A stretch of 64,000 bases of DNA. It comes from Elsinoe ampelina (taxonomy: Eukaryota). The notes below the pieces were generated by a model that saw nothing but the letters and a program-made list of their open reading frames with translations, searched no databases and was not told where the DNA came from. The stretch is from positions 62,001 through 126,000 of the forward strand of contig ML992506.1 of the NCBI GenBank assembly GCA_010093995.1. The letters are read 5' to 3'. Every line of letters begins with the position of its first letter. Positions within the stretch are counted from its first letter, which is position 1. Made by a program: the position numbers and the translations under genes. Positions 37,001 through 47,954 of this stretch are shown here, piece after piece.

Positions 37001-37682
37001 CGCGTTCTACATCAAAGCTCGACGTCTGGTAGGAGGTGATCTGGCGCTTCACGAGTCTTCTCATATCAGGCGGAAATCGCTGGATCCCGAACCTCTTCAT
37101 CCACAACTTACTTCCTCGCCTCCATTTGCTGGTCCAACTAGTGTTCCGTCCAAGACTAAATCAGCATCTGGGGCTGCATTGCCTGCGCGACCATCATATG
37201 ATCTCGGCGTCCTAATAGTGGAAGACAATGTCGTCAATCAGCAAGTGCTTGAGCGCCAACTTCGCAAGCTGGGGTGCAGAGTGACGACCGCGAATCACGG
37301 ACAAGAAGCGCTAGATGCCCTCCAGACATCGACATGGTGGAAAGGTCCCGCCATCTCAGGCGATACAGACTCATACGCTTTCTCTGTCATCTTGTGCGAT
37401 CTGGAGATGCCCGTCATGGACGGCAAGACGTGCGTAAAACGAATCCGGCAATGGCAGAGGGATGGGTCGTTGCATTCTGACATTCCAATCCTTGCGGTTA
37501 CTGGTAACGCGAGAGTGTCCCCGGACGTAGCTCGAGAATGGGGATTCGACAACGTCGTCTCCAAACCATTCTCGGTGAAAAGCTTACTTCCTTTGTTTGA
37601 GAGCCTAGCCCGGGATGATGATAACGAAAGCATAGCGGAGGGTATCGGCAATGTATTCCTGGCACCAAACGACAGTAACTAG
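34087..37682 (+). CDS. Hybrid two-component histidine kinase (PAS/GAF-like input, PAS, HisKA, HATPase, REC); group XI-like
   Basis: Intron 36161-36210 gives H-box DMTSHEMRNPL. Also N-box QVLINLISNAVKF, G1 DTGPG, G2 GGSGLGLFIS, PAS W...IHPDD, and receiver VEDN...CDLEMPVMDG...AVTG...SKPF. Confidence 0.93.
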
Positions 37683-37796
37683 CATCCAGATACTAGACCC
37701 GCATAATAATGATAGACATGACCCCAACCAACCATTCGCCTTGAACGACAAGATGACCTAGCCCAAACTCCTCGTCACCAAATCCACAGTCGCCCC

Positions 37797-38987
37797 TCAC
37801 GTATAAGCATGCACGGCCCAGCTGGTAGTCGGCAACTCAGCCTTTCGCAAAGGATCAGTCATGTTCTGCATCCAAGTATCCACCCCCAAGCTGGTCGTCT
37901 GCTTCCTCACCACGGCCCTCCTGATCAACGCCTCCCAATCCTGATACCACGCCTTCTCACTCTTGGTCGTGAACGTCCGTTCCGGACTCTCGAACACGCC
38001 GCCGAAATCATCCACTTCCACCGGGTGCGAGGCGAAAGGCCACTCCGCTTTGACCGAGTAGGAGGTTTTCTCCCCTGTCACGGTGCCGACGAGGGAGGAG
38101 AAGAGGGATTTGCGCTTGGGGGGGTCGGCGCCGGGGGGAGGCGGCAGGGCGGGGAGGTTGATGATTACTTTTGTGGAGGTGGTGGGGAAGGTGACTTCGA
38201 GGTCGCCTTTGAAGTGGAGGTAGGACATGAGGCCGGCGAGGGAGGTGGTGATGGAGGGTTTGTAGAGGTTGGTGGGGTGGCGGGTGAGGATGATGCTGGG
38301 GGAGGGGAGTTAGTGGTTGTGGTAGGTGAAGGGGAAGGGTGTCACGTGCCTGTTTGGGATGGCCTTGTTGCGGTAGCAGCGTTCGAGGCCGGAGGTGATT
38401 TCTTTGAGTGCGTCGGTGCTGGGAGCGCTGCGGGTGCCGTGTTCACATCCCGTTTGCCAGGCGACGGTCACGGATGAGGACGAGCCGGTGTCGTCGAGGA
38501 AGTAAGGGGTGAGGTTCAGCGTGATGTCAAAATCGGGGACTTTTTTGGATTCGCCCCAGGTCTGATGACGGCCCTGGATGCGAACGAATTGCTGGGGACG
38601 TAGGCTCAGTTGTTCGACGATTATCTTGGATACTAGCTCGGCGTTGTGGTCTTGAGGGACGTTGACGATGGTGACAGTTGAGGCGTCGGCCGACAGCTGT
38701 GCGGATGGCGGCATGTACTTTGCCCAGGGGACTTTTTGGAGCTTCTCGTATATCCGCCAGATCTCTGGCGTATCTGGTGGCTTCGCTGTGCTGTTCGGGA
38801 CTGGTGCTGGTGCGGGTGCTGAAGCAGGTGATGGCGAGGCCATATATGGTGGGGGTTCGTCTCCATCCGAATCGCTCGACCCCTCGACCTGCGGGCTATC
38901 GTGTATCGACAAGGCCGAGTCCATGACCGAGGCCAAAGCATCACCCTTGTCCACCCTCTTCTGGGACGGAGTGACAGAAGTCGCCAT
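37797..38987 (-). CDS. Conserved-type fungal hypothetical protein (PPPY motif; PDFDITLNLTPYF)
   Basis: Two ORFs are joined in frame by a 54-nt GC-AG intron (38296-38349) with a CACTAAC branch point. Probable 5'UTR intron upstream. Confidence 0.7.
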
Positions 38988-39564
38988 GTCCTCCTTCTCC
39001 CAGGGTGTCTGCCAATCAGTCATCATCAAAAGTTCAGAGACAACAAACAAATGGAGAGATGCTTACTCACGATGTGGTTCACGGGTCTTGCAGATTATAC
39101 TTGAAATGTCCAGGCAGCACAATTCACATCAGCCACAATGTCGTCTGTCATACAGGACAATCCCAACTGAAGTCAAGTCACAGCTGGCACTGCCAGACGG
39201 GCGCGCCGCTGTTCAGGCCTTCTCAACCTCAGGCGACGACGTTTCTCGCCCTGTGAGTGGCCGAAAGTGCGCGAACAAAACGAAGGATGAGAGAACGGGC
39301 GGGACGAGCGCTTCGACCCGAGTCATTTCCCGTCCACTTTTGACGGATTCGGTGCTGACTGTTGACATGAGCGAATAATTGACATCACCGAGACTTTGCC
39401 TGCCGCCGCTGTCCTCATCACATTCTCTCGTTTGCGGCAAATGGTCCATCGCTCGTACAGACTGCGCCTCGAATCAACGGGGTCGGGTAAGATCATGCTG
39501 GTGACCGTCTAGCAAGACCGAGCAAGATGCAAGCCTTGTTCGCCAGTCGATCATACGACCCACC

Positions 39565-41232
39565 ATGGGAGACATCAAGCCGGCTAAGAAGAGCCTCAAG
39601 GAGCGGCTTGGTCTTTCATCCAAGAAGTCCACGCCTCGCCAAAAGCTCACCAAGAAAAGCTTGAGCAATGCGAGCGAGACTAACCGCACCGCTTCCAACG
39701 TCAAATGCACTGAAGAGGAATACGACAGCGACTTGAGCCAACGACAGGAATATCAAAGCCCATGGCTGCCATCGAATGCTCAGAGTGCGAAAGTCGAGGA
39801 CGAATATCTATACCGATCGACCAATGGCGATTATGGAGTGGCTCCTGAAGAACGATACACGCGAAAGTTCAGGAGACCTTCGGCGCCGGCCGAGCATGGC
39901 CAATACACAAATGATTCGGATGCTGTTCCTGATCAACAGCGCAGGGCTAGCCAGCCTGCTATCACTTCAGGTCATTCCTACCACAAAGCCGCCATCGACA
40001 AGGATACTGGCGAACGCAAAGACGTTACCGAGATGATGCATGCCTTGCACTTTGACGAGACGCTCGACGATGTCGTGGAAGAAGTCAAGGAGGAGACGCC
40101 TGAAATTGACCCGACTCGACCTCGAGGAGAAGAGATTCTGATCAAGCCTTCAGCAGAGATCTGGGACCGCATCACCGACTTCCTCCAACCACGAGAAGCT
40201 GCCAATCTTGCCTTGACCTGCAAGACTGTTTGGTATCTACTTGGCAGCAGGCCTTTTGACAACCTCAGACTACCCGTCAACAAGTTGCAGAGAACCGCCT
40301 TCCTCCTTCCAATGGATGTCAAGTATCCGTACCAGCTATTCTGCTTCCCCTGCGCAAGCTACCATGCGCGCACTCATCCAGGACATGAGTCACTACAGCC
40401 CACGAATATCCTTAATCCGCTATTTGACTGCCCCAACAAGACGAATAATCTTATTCCGCAGCCACGCCATCGCATCGCAGGCGGACGGACTCTGCCCTTC
40501 ACTTTCGTTCAACTCGTCACGAGAGCTCAACGGTTTGGACCAGAGTATGGTATTCCGGCGGAGAATTTGGACCGACGATGGCGGGACCAGTGGAGTGACT
40601 GGTCGCATCATACCAGGTACCATGTCCACAAAAACGGGCACTTACTCATGCGAGTCGTCAGTCAGTGTTTTGTCGACGGTGGCATGACTCTAGCTGCCAA
40701 GAGAATGATGCTGTATTCGCGAGATGACTACACGCCATACTTCAGCGTATGCGCACACTGGCGGGACGGACTTCTTATGGATAACTGCAAATGCGCTCTT
40801 GACCACTTGCCAGTGACTCGACAGCGAGCTGCACTTCTGGGAGGGCCAAAACAGCCGAGGCCCGGGATGGTGAGCTTGTGTGGCGACTGCTCACCAATGA
40901 GGAGATGTCCACGGTGTCCGACAGAGTATCTGATCGAGCTCAAAATGGTCGAGGATAAGAATGTGGCACAGGGTCATCACATGAAGTTCAAGCATGCGCT
41001 GATTGTGACGAGGTGGTCTGATCTCGGAGACGGCATCAGTCCCGCTAGCAGGGAGTGGGCTGCAGTACAAGGCGAGAACGAGGAGGAATATGATTCGATT
41101 AACGAGATTGGGAACAGATCCGTGTCGAGCATATTTGAGAGTGCTTTTGGGGATTTTTACCCTAGCCAGAGGTTGCTGAACCTGAACCCAAGAGATGTGA
41201 GAGAAGGTGAGGAAGGAAACAGGTGGTACTAA
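39565..41232 (+). CDS. F-box domain protein with Cys-rich C-terminus
   Basis: KPSAEIWDRITDFLQPREAANLALTCKTVW F-box, plus FCFPCASYH, CPRCPTEY and TRWSDLG. Intronless, 555 aa. Confidence 0.8.
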   Translation: MGDIKPAKKSLKERLGLSSKKSTPRQKLTKKSLSNASETNRTASNVKCTEEEYDSDLSQRQEYQSPWLPSNAQSAKVEDEYLYRSTNGDYGVAPEERYTRKFRRPSAPAEHGQYTNDSDAVPDQQRRASQPAITSGHSYHKAAIDKDTGERKDVTEMMHALHFDETLDDVVEEVKEETPEIDPTRPRGEEILIKPSAEIWDRITDFLQPREAANLALTCKTVWYLLGSRPFDNLRLPVNKLQRTAFLLPMDVKYPYQLFCFPCASYHARTHPGHESLQPTNILNPLFDCPNKTNNLIPQPRHRIAGGRTLPFTFVQLVTRAQRFGPEYGIPAENLDRRWRDQWSDWSHHTRYHVHKNGHLLMRVVSQCFVDGGMTLAAKRMMLYSRDDYTPYFSVCAHWRDGLLMDNCKCALDHLPVTRQRAALLGGPKQPRPGMVSLCGDCSPMRRCPRCPTEYLIELKMVEDKNVAQGHHMKFKHALIVTRWSDLGDGISPASREWAAVQGENEEEYDSINEIGNRSVSSIFESAFGDFYPSQRLLNLNPRDVREGEEGNRWY

Positions 41233-41679
41233 TAGAAAATAAATAATGATCCACTTTCATTTCCAAGCACTGCATTTGCACAAAGACCATGCTTCAGGTT
41301 GAGCTTGACTCGGGCTCGGGGCGATCTTGAAATTGCAGATCTGCGCGACCACTTTTCTCAGATCTCAGATCGAAGCTAGCCCCATTGTGTGACTAGCGTC
41401 AGATCTATCCTGTGGAGCAAAGGTCAATGACGCACCTTCCCGTCACGAAACCAAAAACGCGCGCAGCCTTTAGGTCGGATCAGGTCAGAGACATGACGGT
41501 GTGTTTGTGAGATGCAGTCCTCATAAGCTGCTCACCGTCGCCCGGGCTCAATTGTGAGTATTTCAGATCCAACCGCCCTGCTCTGCGGGCTTTTCTCCCT
41601 GACAGGCATGACCAGCACCGGGGCCAAACCAAGCCTCGACAGCCATCCGTCGCAGACGAGATTCAACAGCGGTAACAAC

Positions 41680-43515
41680 ATGGAGGGCCAGAAGAAAAAG
41701 CGCGTGCTCATCGTGGGAGCCGGAGCTGCTGGTAAGTTGATTCTATCTTGATCTCAGCTGTTGCTAAAGCTGTTGCTAACAAGCTTGACAGGCATGAGCT
41801 GTGCTTACCATCTCTCCGAGCACCCCGACAAGTTCGATGTCACCATCATCGAGCAGAACGACTACTGTGGTGGTCAGGCATTCTCCATCCCAATCGACAA
41901 GGAGAAGACTGGTGCCAGCTGGCTGAACCAGGGTGTACAAGGAGGCAGTCACATCTTTCACCACACAATGGCCATGTTCAGCCGTCAGGGATATTGGGCC
42001 GATCCTGTCACGCTTCAGGTTTCTTTTGGCAAAGGAGACATCTTCTGGACCAATTCCTACCCTACCAAGATGCTGGAAAGACATCAAAAGGAGGTCGTAC
42101 GCTTCTTCAAGATGCTGAAGATTGTCCGCGCCTTTGAGATCTTCTTTGCTCTCCTTCCGATCAAATATCTCGTCAAGCTCTTCCGCTACACTGAGGAGTT
42201 TGCCAACATTGTCGCTCTTCCTATGGTTGCTCTCTTTCTCGGCACCGGCAACTACACACCTGAAGTACCAACCATGATCCTTGAACGCCTCTCGACTAGT
42301 CCCACTTACGGCATGTGGTATCCGCCTGACAAGCACAGCATCGCCAGTAACGAGCCCCCCATGTTTGTTTTCCCCAACTTTACCGAGTTCTATGGCTCCT
42401 GGAAGAACAATCTTACAAAGCGTGGTGTCAACGTCCGACTGTCCACCGAGCTTACCCACGTCTACTCTCGTGATAAGAATGGTGTAGTCGTTCGCATCAT
42501 CGACCGCGAGCGCAAGGGGGACGGCCGCAACGGCGAATCTGCTCAAGTGGACGGCTCCGATCAGGGCTTCCGCAATGTCGTAGGTGATGACCGCCGCGAC
42601 GGTATCGCAGAGACCGACGAAAACGAACACAACGACGCCGACAAGGAAGGCCAGACCGAGCATTACGACGAACTCATTCTTTGCACTCTCACAGACACGG
42701 CCAAGAAGCTCCTCGGCAAGAGCGCATCCTGGCGCGAGTCAAAGGTCCTTGGTTCTGCCAAGTTCGCCAATGATATCACTGTCACCCACATGGACTACGA
42801 ATACATGAGAAAACACTACGAACCCGAGTACAACGAGGAGCAAGCTGTTACCTCTCTCGGCGGTACTGATCAGACTGCTCGTGTCGAGGCTGCCCGCAAG
42901 AAGTTCCAGCCCATGTACATGATCAAGATGTACCCACAGGACCTGACAAAGATTGAAATGTGCTTCGATTGCACCAACTACCAGTCGCAATTCCCGCCCA
43001 ATGTTCCATTCGAGAAGCATGTCTTTCAGACCATCTTCCTCAACAAGGAGCGTGACGGACATCTCTGGAGCATTGATGAGATCGACAAGAGTAAGATCAT
43101 CCGTAGTGATTGGTGGCATCAGCTTTGCCATTCCTGGACTCACTATCTTTTTGTCGTCCCTTGGATGTGGCTTCTTCAAGGCCGCAAGAGCACTCGCTTC
43201 TGTGGCTCATGGACTCTGGTCAACGCTCACGAAGTCGCTTGCATCTCTGGTATCGCCGCTGCTGTCGATCTTGGTGCTACCTACCCCGAAGACCTCGAGC
43301 AGGACAAGTTTGCTTTGCTCGCGTTCAGACTCTACTATCTTCTGGTCTATGGCAAGTGGTACCGCCGCAAGCACAACAAGGTTGGCGAGGGTAACAAGTA
43401 CGCTGAGGGTCTCTACGGCAGCCAGTATCAAGGCCCCGGCGTCAACCGTGAAGAGGAGCGGAGATTGTGGAAGAGAGAGGTAGAGAAGGGCAGGAGCTTG
43501 GAAAAGCTTGAGTAG
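41680..43515 (+). CDS. FAD-dependent oxidoreductase (flavin amine oxidase superfamily)
   Basis: RVLIVGAGAA|GMSCAYHL...VTIIEQNDYCGGQA Rossmann/GG motif across intron 41732-41791. C-terminal FCGSWT...HEVACISG. An alternative in-frame ATG lies at 41608. Confidence 0.85.
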
Positions 43516-43616
43516 TTTTATGATCTCAAGCAATAGCTAGGGTTATGCATTATGTAGCTCGGCGTCTATATACATGGCTTTTTGATCGGAACATCTTCCT
43601 TGCACGTCTTCCACAT

Positions 43617-45270
43617 CTACTGCCTCAGAACGTCCCTATACTTCAGCACCTCATCACACCTCCCCCTCTGTTCCCCAATCCCCTCCATCCCCGCCCCATC
43701 CGTCTGAAACAACAACCTCCTCTCCCCCTCCTGCTCCTCAGTCCAATTCGCCCACTCCACCCCACCCACACCCCCACCCACATTCGGATCCAAATTCCGT
43801 ATAAAATTCGCCCAAAACCGCTGAATCACCCCCCCAATCTCCGCATTGATCTCACCCGCCTCGTAACTCGCCGGCGGTGTCCCAGCCACGTTATCCGGGC
43901 CGAAAATAGCGTTCACTTCGACGGTATGCGCGACGCCCGTCCCCGAAGCATTAGCCGCAGGATCGACGACGTTCCATCTATAGTTCCAGTTCCGCGCCTG
44001 GCCCCGCGCCGCGTACTGGCGCGAGATGAAGATGCCCGGGCAGATGTAGCGGAGCTCGCCGTACGCGTTGGAGAGTTGGCGCCAGTACGCGCCCGAGTTG
44101 GGGAATTGTTCGGCAACGGCGTAGAGGGCGTCGATGGTGCGGAGCTGGGAGAGGGTGATGGTTGGGTATTGGTTTTTGAGGAAGGTGGCGCTGTCGGATT
44201 TGTTGGCTGTGGTGCGTGGGGCGAAGATGGTGCCTTCGTTTGTGGAGTCGCCGTAGATGGCGGGGAGGGCGGGGAAGCGGTTGGTGGCGAAGGCGCCCGA
44301 GAGGGTGTATGAGGTGAGGAAGTCGTTGTCGAGGACCGGGGAGTACATGTAGAGGGGTGAGCCGGGGGCGCCGCCGCCGGCGGTATTGATGTTGACGCTT
44401 TGGAGGAAGGTGGAGTTGAGGCTGCGGAGGCAGGTGAGGGTGTCGTTGGAGGTGAGGCAGCCGGTGCGGATCACGAGGTTGTCGTATTGGTATTGGGTTT
44501 CGGGGATGGTGAGGATGCGGCCGAAGGATTGGGCCGAGGCGGCAGTGCCGTGGAAGAGGTTTCCGACGGACCCATTGTAGGCGGCGAGTTGGAGAGTGAC
44601 AGAGGCACCGCCGGCGGAGCCACCTCCGATGACTACGTGGTCGGGGTTGCCGCCAAACTGGGGACAGGATCAGTGTTTGCTCGCGTAGCAGATTTGGACA
44701 CCTTACTCGACAAATGTACTTTTGCACCCACTCCAGTGCCTTGCGCTGATCCTTGAGTCCGTTGTTGTTGGATGCTCGCGTGGTGATCTCTTCGCCGGAC
44801 AGGAAACCCCAGGGGCCGACGCGGTAGTTCAGAGTAACAAACACCATCTGGAACTCACCAGCACGGATGATACCCGACCCATTCAGGTTAGGGTCGCTGT
44901 TTGTATTGAAGCCTCCACCTTGGAAATACAAGAACACCGGCAGGTTCGAGGATGCTGTGGCGTTCGAGGGAGAGTATACTGCAATGTAGAGGCAATCCTC
45001 GCTGGACTGGTTTGTGTTTTGACCAGTACCCAGGCATATCGGACCCTGTCGGTTCGCATCCTGGACACCTTCTACAGGCTCTGGATCTTGCGGTGCGGCA
45101 AATCGTAGGTGTCCCAAGGGTGGTGCTGCATACCGCATGCCAACCCATTGTGTGATGCCATTGGAGAGAGTGGTGCCTCTGTAGGACGTGTAATCAACAT
45201 TGACTACCTCATCAATAGCCAGACTCGAGCCGGCAACGGCCAAGAGTGACAGAACCGTCGAGAACTTCAT
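43617..45270 (-). CDS. Secreted type-B carboxylesterase/lipase
   Basis: Signal peptide MKFSTVLSLLAVAGSSLA, then SEDCLYI, GGGF, NYRVGPWGFL and NNGLKDQ. Intron 44658-44706, then FGGNPDHVVIGGGSAGG (nucleophile), NEG and AHTVE. Confidence 0.92.
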
Positions 45271-45714
45271 CTCGCAATACCAAAAGTGAAACGTGAGGTC
45301 GAAGAGCAAAGGAGGGGATGCTTGGCCACCTTGTACCTTACCGCGGTATTGACAGTGATCTCATCGGCGCACACTACGGCTGTCACTGGGCCGGCCAGGA
45401 CTTGGTCGACCAAATCGCAGGTAGCATCAGGACATGATGATGATGCCGATCAGCAAAAGACGTCGTCGTTTGCCACGCTTGGTCTTGTTCAGAGCGGGGA
45501 AGTGGAGAAACCCGGCAGAAAAGCACGTGCACATTATTAAACATTCCCCCGTGGAAGAGCCGATACTTGGCCGTAGACGAGATGCCCAGCACGGACCGAG
45601 CTAGTCACGTGGTCAGCGGCGCTGTTCCGCCCTCTCCATACCTTTTTGCCTTCTTCCGCCTCAATCGCCGCCGTATCCCCGCACAGCCATGTCTCAATGC
45701 GGCCTTGAAGCCAT

Positions 45715-45739
45715 TGATAAGTATCCTTCAATGCGATAA
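45715..45739 (+). promoter_or_regulatory. Paired GATA sites (candidate AreA/NIT2 sites) upstream of the nitrilase
   Basis: TGATAA (45715) and CGATAA (45734), about 110-130 nt before the ATG. A TATA-like taatataag lies near 45770. Confidence 0.4.
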
Positions 45740-45844
45740 GGGACTCCATATGTCAAGGCTCAGCCCCTGTAATATAAGATCAGATATTCCTTTCAAGATC
45801 TCTCCTTGTGATTCATCGTTCTAGGTCAAGTTCTCCCATCGACC

Positions 45845-46897
45845 ATGTCTACCACTTCTACAATTCGAGTTGCCGTCACCCAGCATGAGCCGGTCTGGCT
45901 CGACCTCGAAGCTACAGTGCAGAAGACCATTAAGATAGTCGGAGAAGCAGCAAAGGCTGGCGCTAAGCTGGTGGCCTTCCCTGAGCTATGGATCCCAGGA
46001 TATCCAGCATGGATATGGTCAGCTGCTCCATGGCCTGTATCGAGTCGCTCTCACATCTACCAGGTCAAGACCCGTGGACTTTGAGCTCGGCGTCAAATAT
46101 GTCCAGAACTCCCTCAAGGTCGATAGCCCAGAAATGCAACGTATCGCGGCAGCAGCGGCCGAGAACCAGATCAGCGTCTGTCTTGGATTCTCCGAGCGCA
46201 GCGGCGAAACGCTGTACATATCGCAGTCGCTGATCGATGAAGCTGGTAGGATCAGGAACACCCGACGCAAGATGAAGCCAACGCACATGGAACGTACGGT
46301 CTTTGGCGATGCCTCAGGAGATTGCCTGTCCCAGGTCATCGACGTCAATGAAGTGGGTAGAGTCGGAGCACTGTCATGCTGGGAGCACATCCAGCCGTTA
46401 CTCAAATATCATACTTTCTCACAGGGCGAGCAAATTCACGTCGCTGCATGGCCACCGCTTGACCCTTTTGTGCAAGGCTCGCCCGGCTTCTTCTCCATGT
46501 CTGTGGAAGGTTGCAGAACTCAAGCACAGATGTATGCTATCGAATCTCAAGCATTCGTGCTGCATACTACCACAGTCATATCCGAGGCTGGACTCGAAGC
46601 GATGAAGACCACTGGAAGTCCTTTGATGGGGACGCCTGTGAATGGTAGCTCTGCAGTCATCGCGCCGGACGGAAGAATCATCAGCGAAGCCGACACGCCA
46701 AATGAGAAGCTGATCATAGCCGACCTCGATTTGAGTCTCGTCACAAAGGCAAAGACATTCGCGGATGCCTCTGGTCACTGTAAGTCAGCCCCTCTCGATA
46801 TCCATAATCTCGGGCTCACAATCGCGCAGATAGCAGACCAGATCTCCTTTGGCTTGGAGCCGACTCCAAGGTCAAGAAAATCGTCCGATATGAATGA
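45845..46897 (+). CDS. Nitrilase (arylacetonitrilase-type)
   Basis: E-K-C triad in [21 protein letters not shown] and LSCWEHIQP. Introns 46018-46063 and 46780-46829 give the canonical GHY|SRPDLL end. Confidence 0.93.
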
Positions 46898-46987
46898 ATC
46901 AGAAACAGAGCCTAGATACTCCGTAATTTCAAGGCCATCTTGCGCTGTACATAGTCCATATATATCCCCATCCCATGCACGAGAGTA

Positions 46988-47692
46988 TCACAACTTGCCT
47001 CCCACCTCCGGATCAGTGTTCACCTTATTATGCTCGCAAGTTGACACTATAGCGCCATCCCTCTTCCTCCTCATCGTCCCCTTTGTGACAGCCAACCGCT
47101 TTCCAGCATGCACAACCTGTCATGATCAGCATCGCCATTCGTGATCCTGTTCCCTATCACCAAAGCATCAGAGACAACTCACCTCACACTCCAAAATCAA
47201 AGTCTCCCCCACCGGCGCCGGCCGAATATACGTCACGCTCAAGACCCTCGAAACACCACCCATCATCCAGAACCCAGGGCGAGCAATCAAGCTCAGAACA
47301 ATAGACGTGCAAATGTCGTAGATGGTAGCTTGAGCCCCGCCATGGAGATTCGCAGAGTTGTTGGCCCAGTGCTCGTCGTTGTCGAATTCAAAGACTAGTT
47401 TGCCGTGGTTGGGCGAGTCGGAAGAGGCGTCGATCAGGCGCATGGATTTTTGGAAGAGGGGGACGAAGAAGCGCTGGGGATCACATTAGACGATGATGGT
47501 AGAGGGGACAGTCCTGTGGTTTACTGCGAAGGAAACAGGGGATTATAGAACCTTGAGAAAAGAGAAAGATATACATACGTCGTCATCTGCTGATATGTTC
47601 TCCCACATCAGCTTGGCCTTCTCTAGTGGACTGAGCTTGAGTAACTCGTCGACATTGTACTTTGACCAGTCAAATTTTGGTAATTTGCCCAT
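46988..47692 (-). CDS. PaaI/ACOT13-type hotdog-fold acyl-CoA thioesterase
   Basis: NNSANLHGGAQATIYD, GVSRVLSVTYIRPAP and VVHAGKRLA. Introns 47474-47578 and 47117-47182. Ends GGKL*. Confidence 0.88.
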
Positions 47693-47954
47693 CTTGTGTA
47701 TATTAGTGGCAGGAACAGGAAAACAGTGAATGATATGTACCGCTGTACTATTTGGACGTGAAGCGTAGGTTGGAATAGTGGTAAGGGGATGTTTAGTTGT
47801 GCTTCCGTCAATGCCGAGGTCCAAATGCCACCATCCAGTGGTGCACGTCAGACTTCATGCCCTGACCGCGGCAAGGGCACAACAACTTCAGTTGAAATCA
47901 GAACCGGTCACACAAGAGAGCTCATGAAGGTCATATACAGTGCCTCTACTATCT

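Noticed and set aside
41776..42663. 295-aa antisense ORF in the FAD oxidoreductase, and similar ones at 57570-58454, 59786-60682, 61138-61962, 43545-44312 and 37809-38477
   Set aside because: All lie opposite well-supported genes and have low-complexity translations that reflect codon bias or skew.
43978..44657. R/P/H-rich tail of the 443-aa esterase ORF suggesting a frameshift
   Set aside because: Explained by canonical intron 44658-44706, not by recoding. The same applies to the DnaJ and hydroxy-acid oxidase ORF tails.
46780..47144. Apparent long C-terminal extension of the nitrilase ORF overlapping the thioesterase
   Set aside because: An artefact of reading through intron 46780-46829. 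Splicing gives the canonical GHYSRPDLL end with a stop at 46897.
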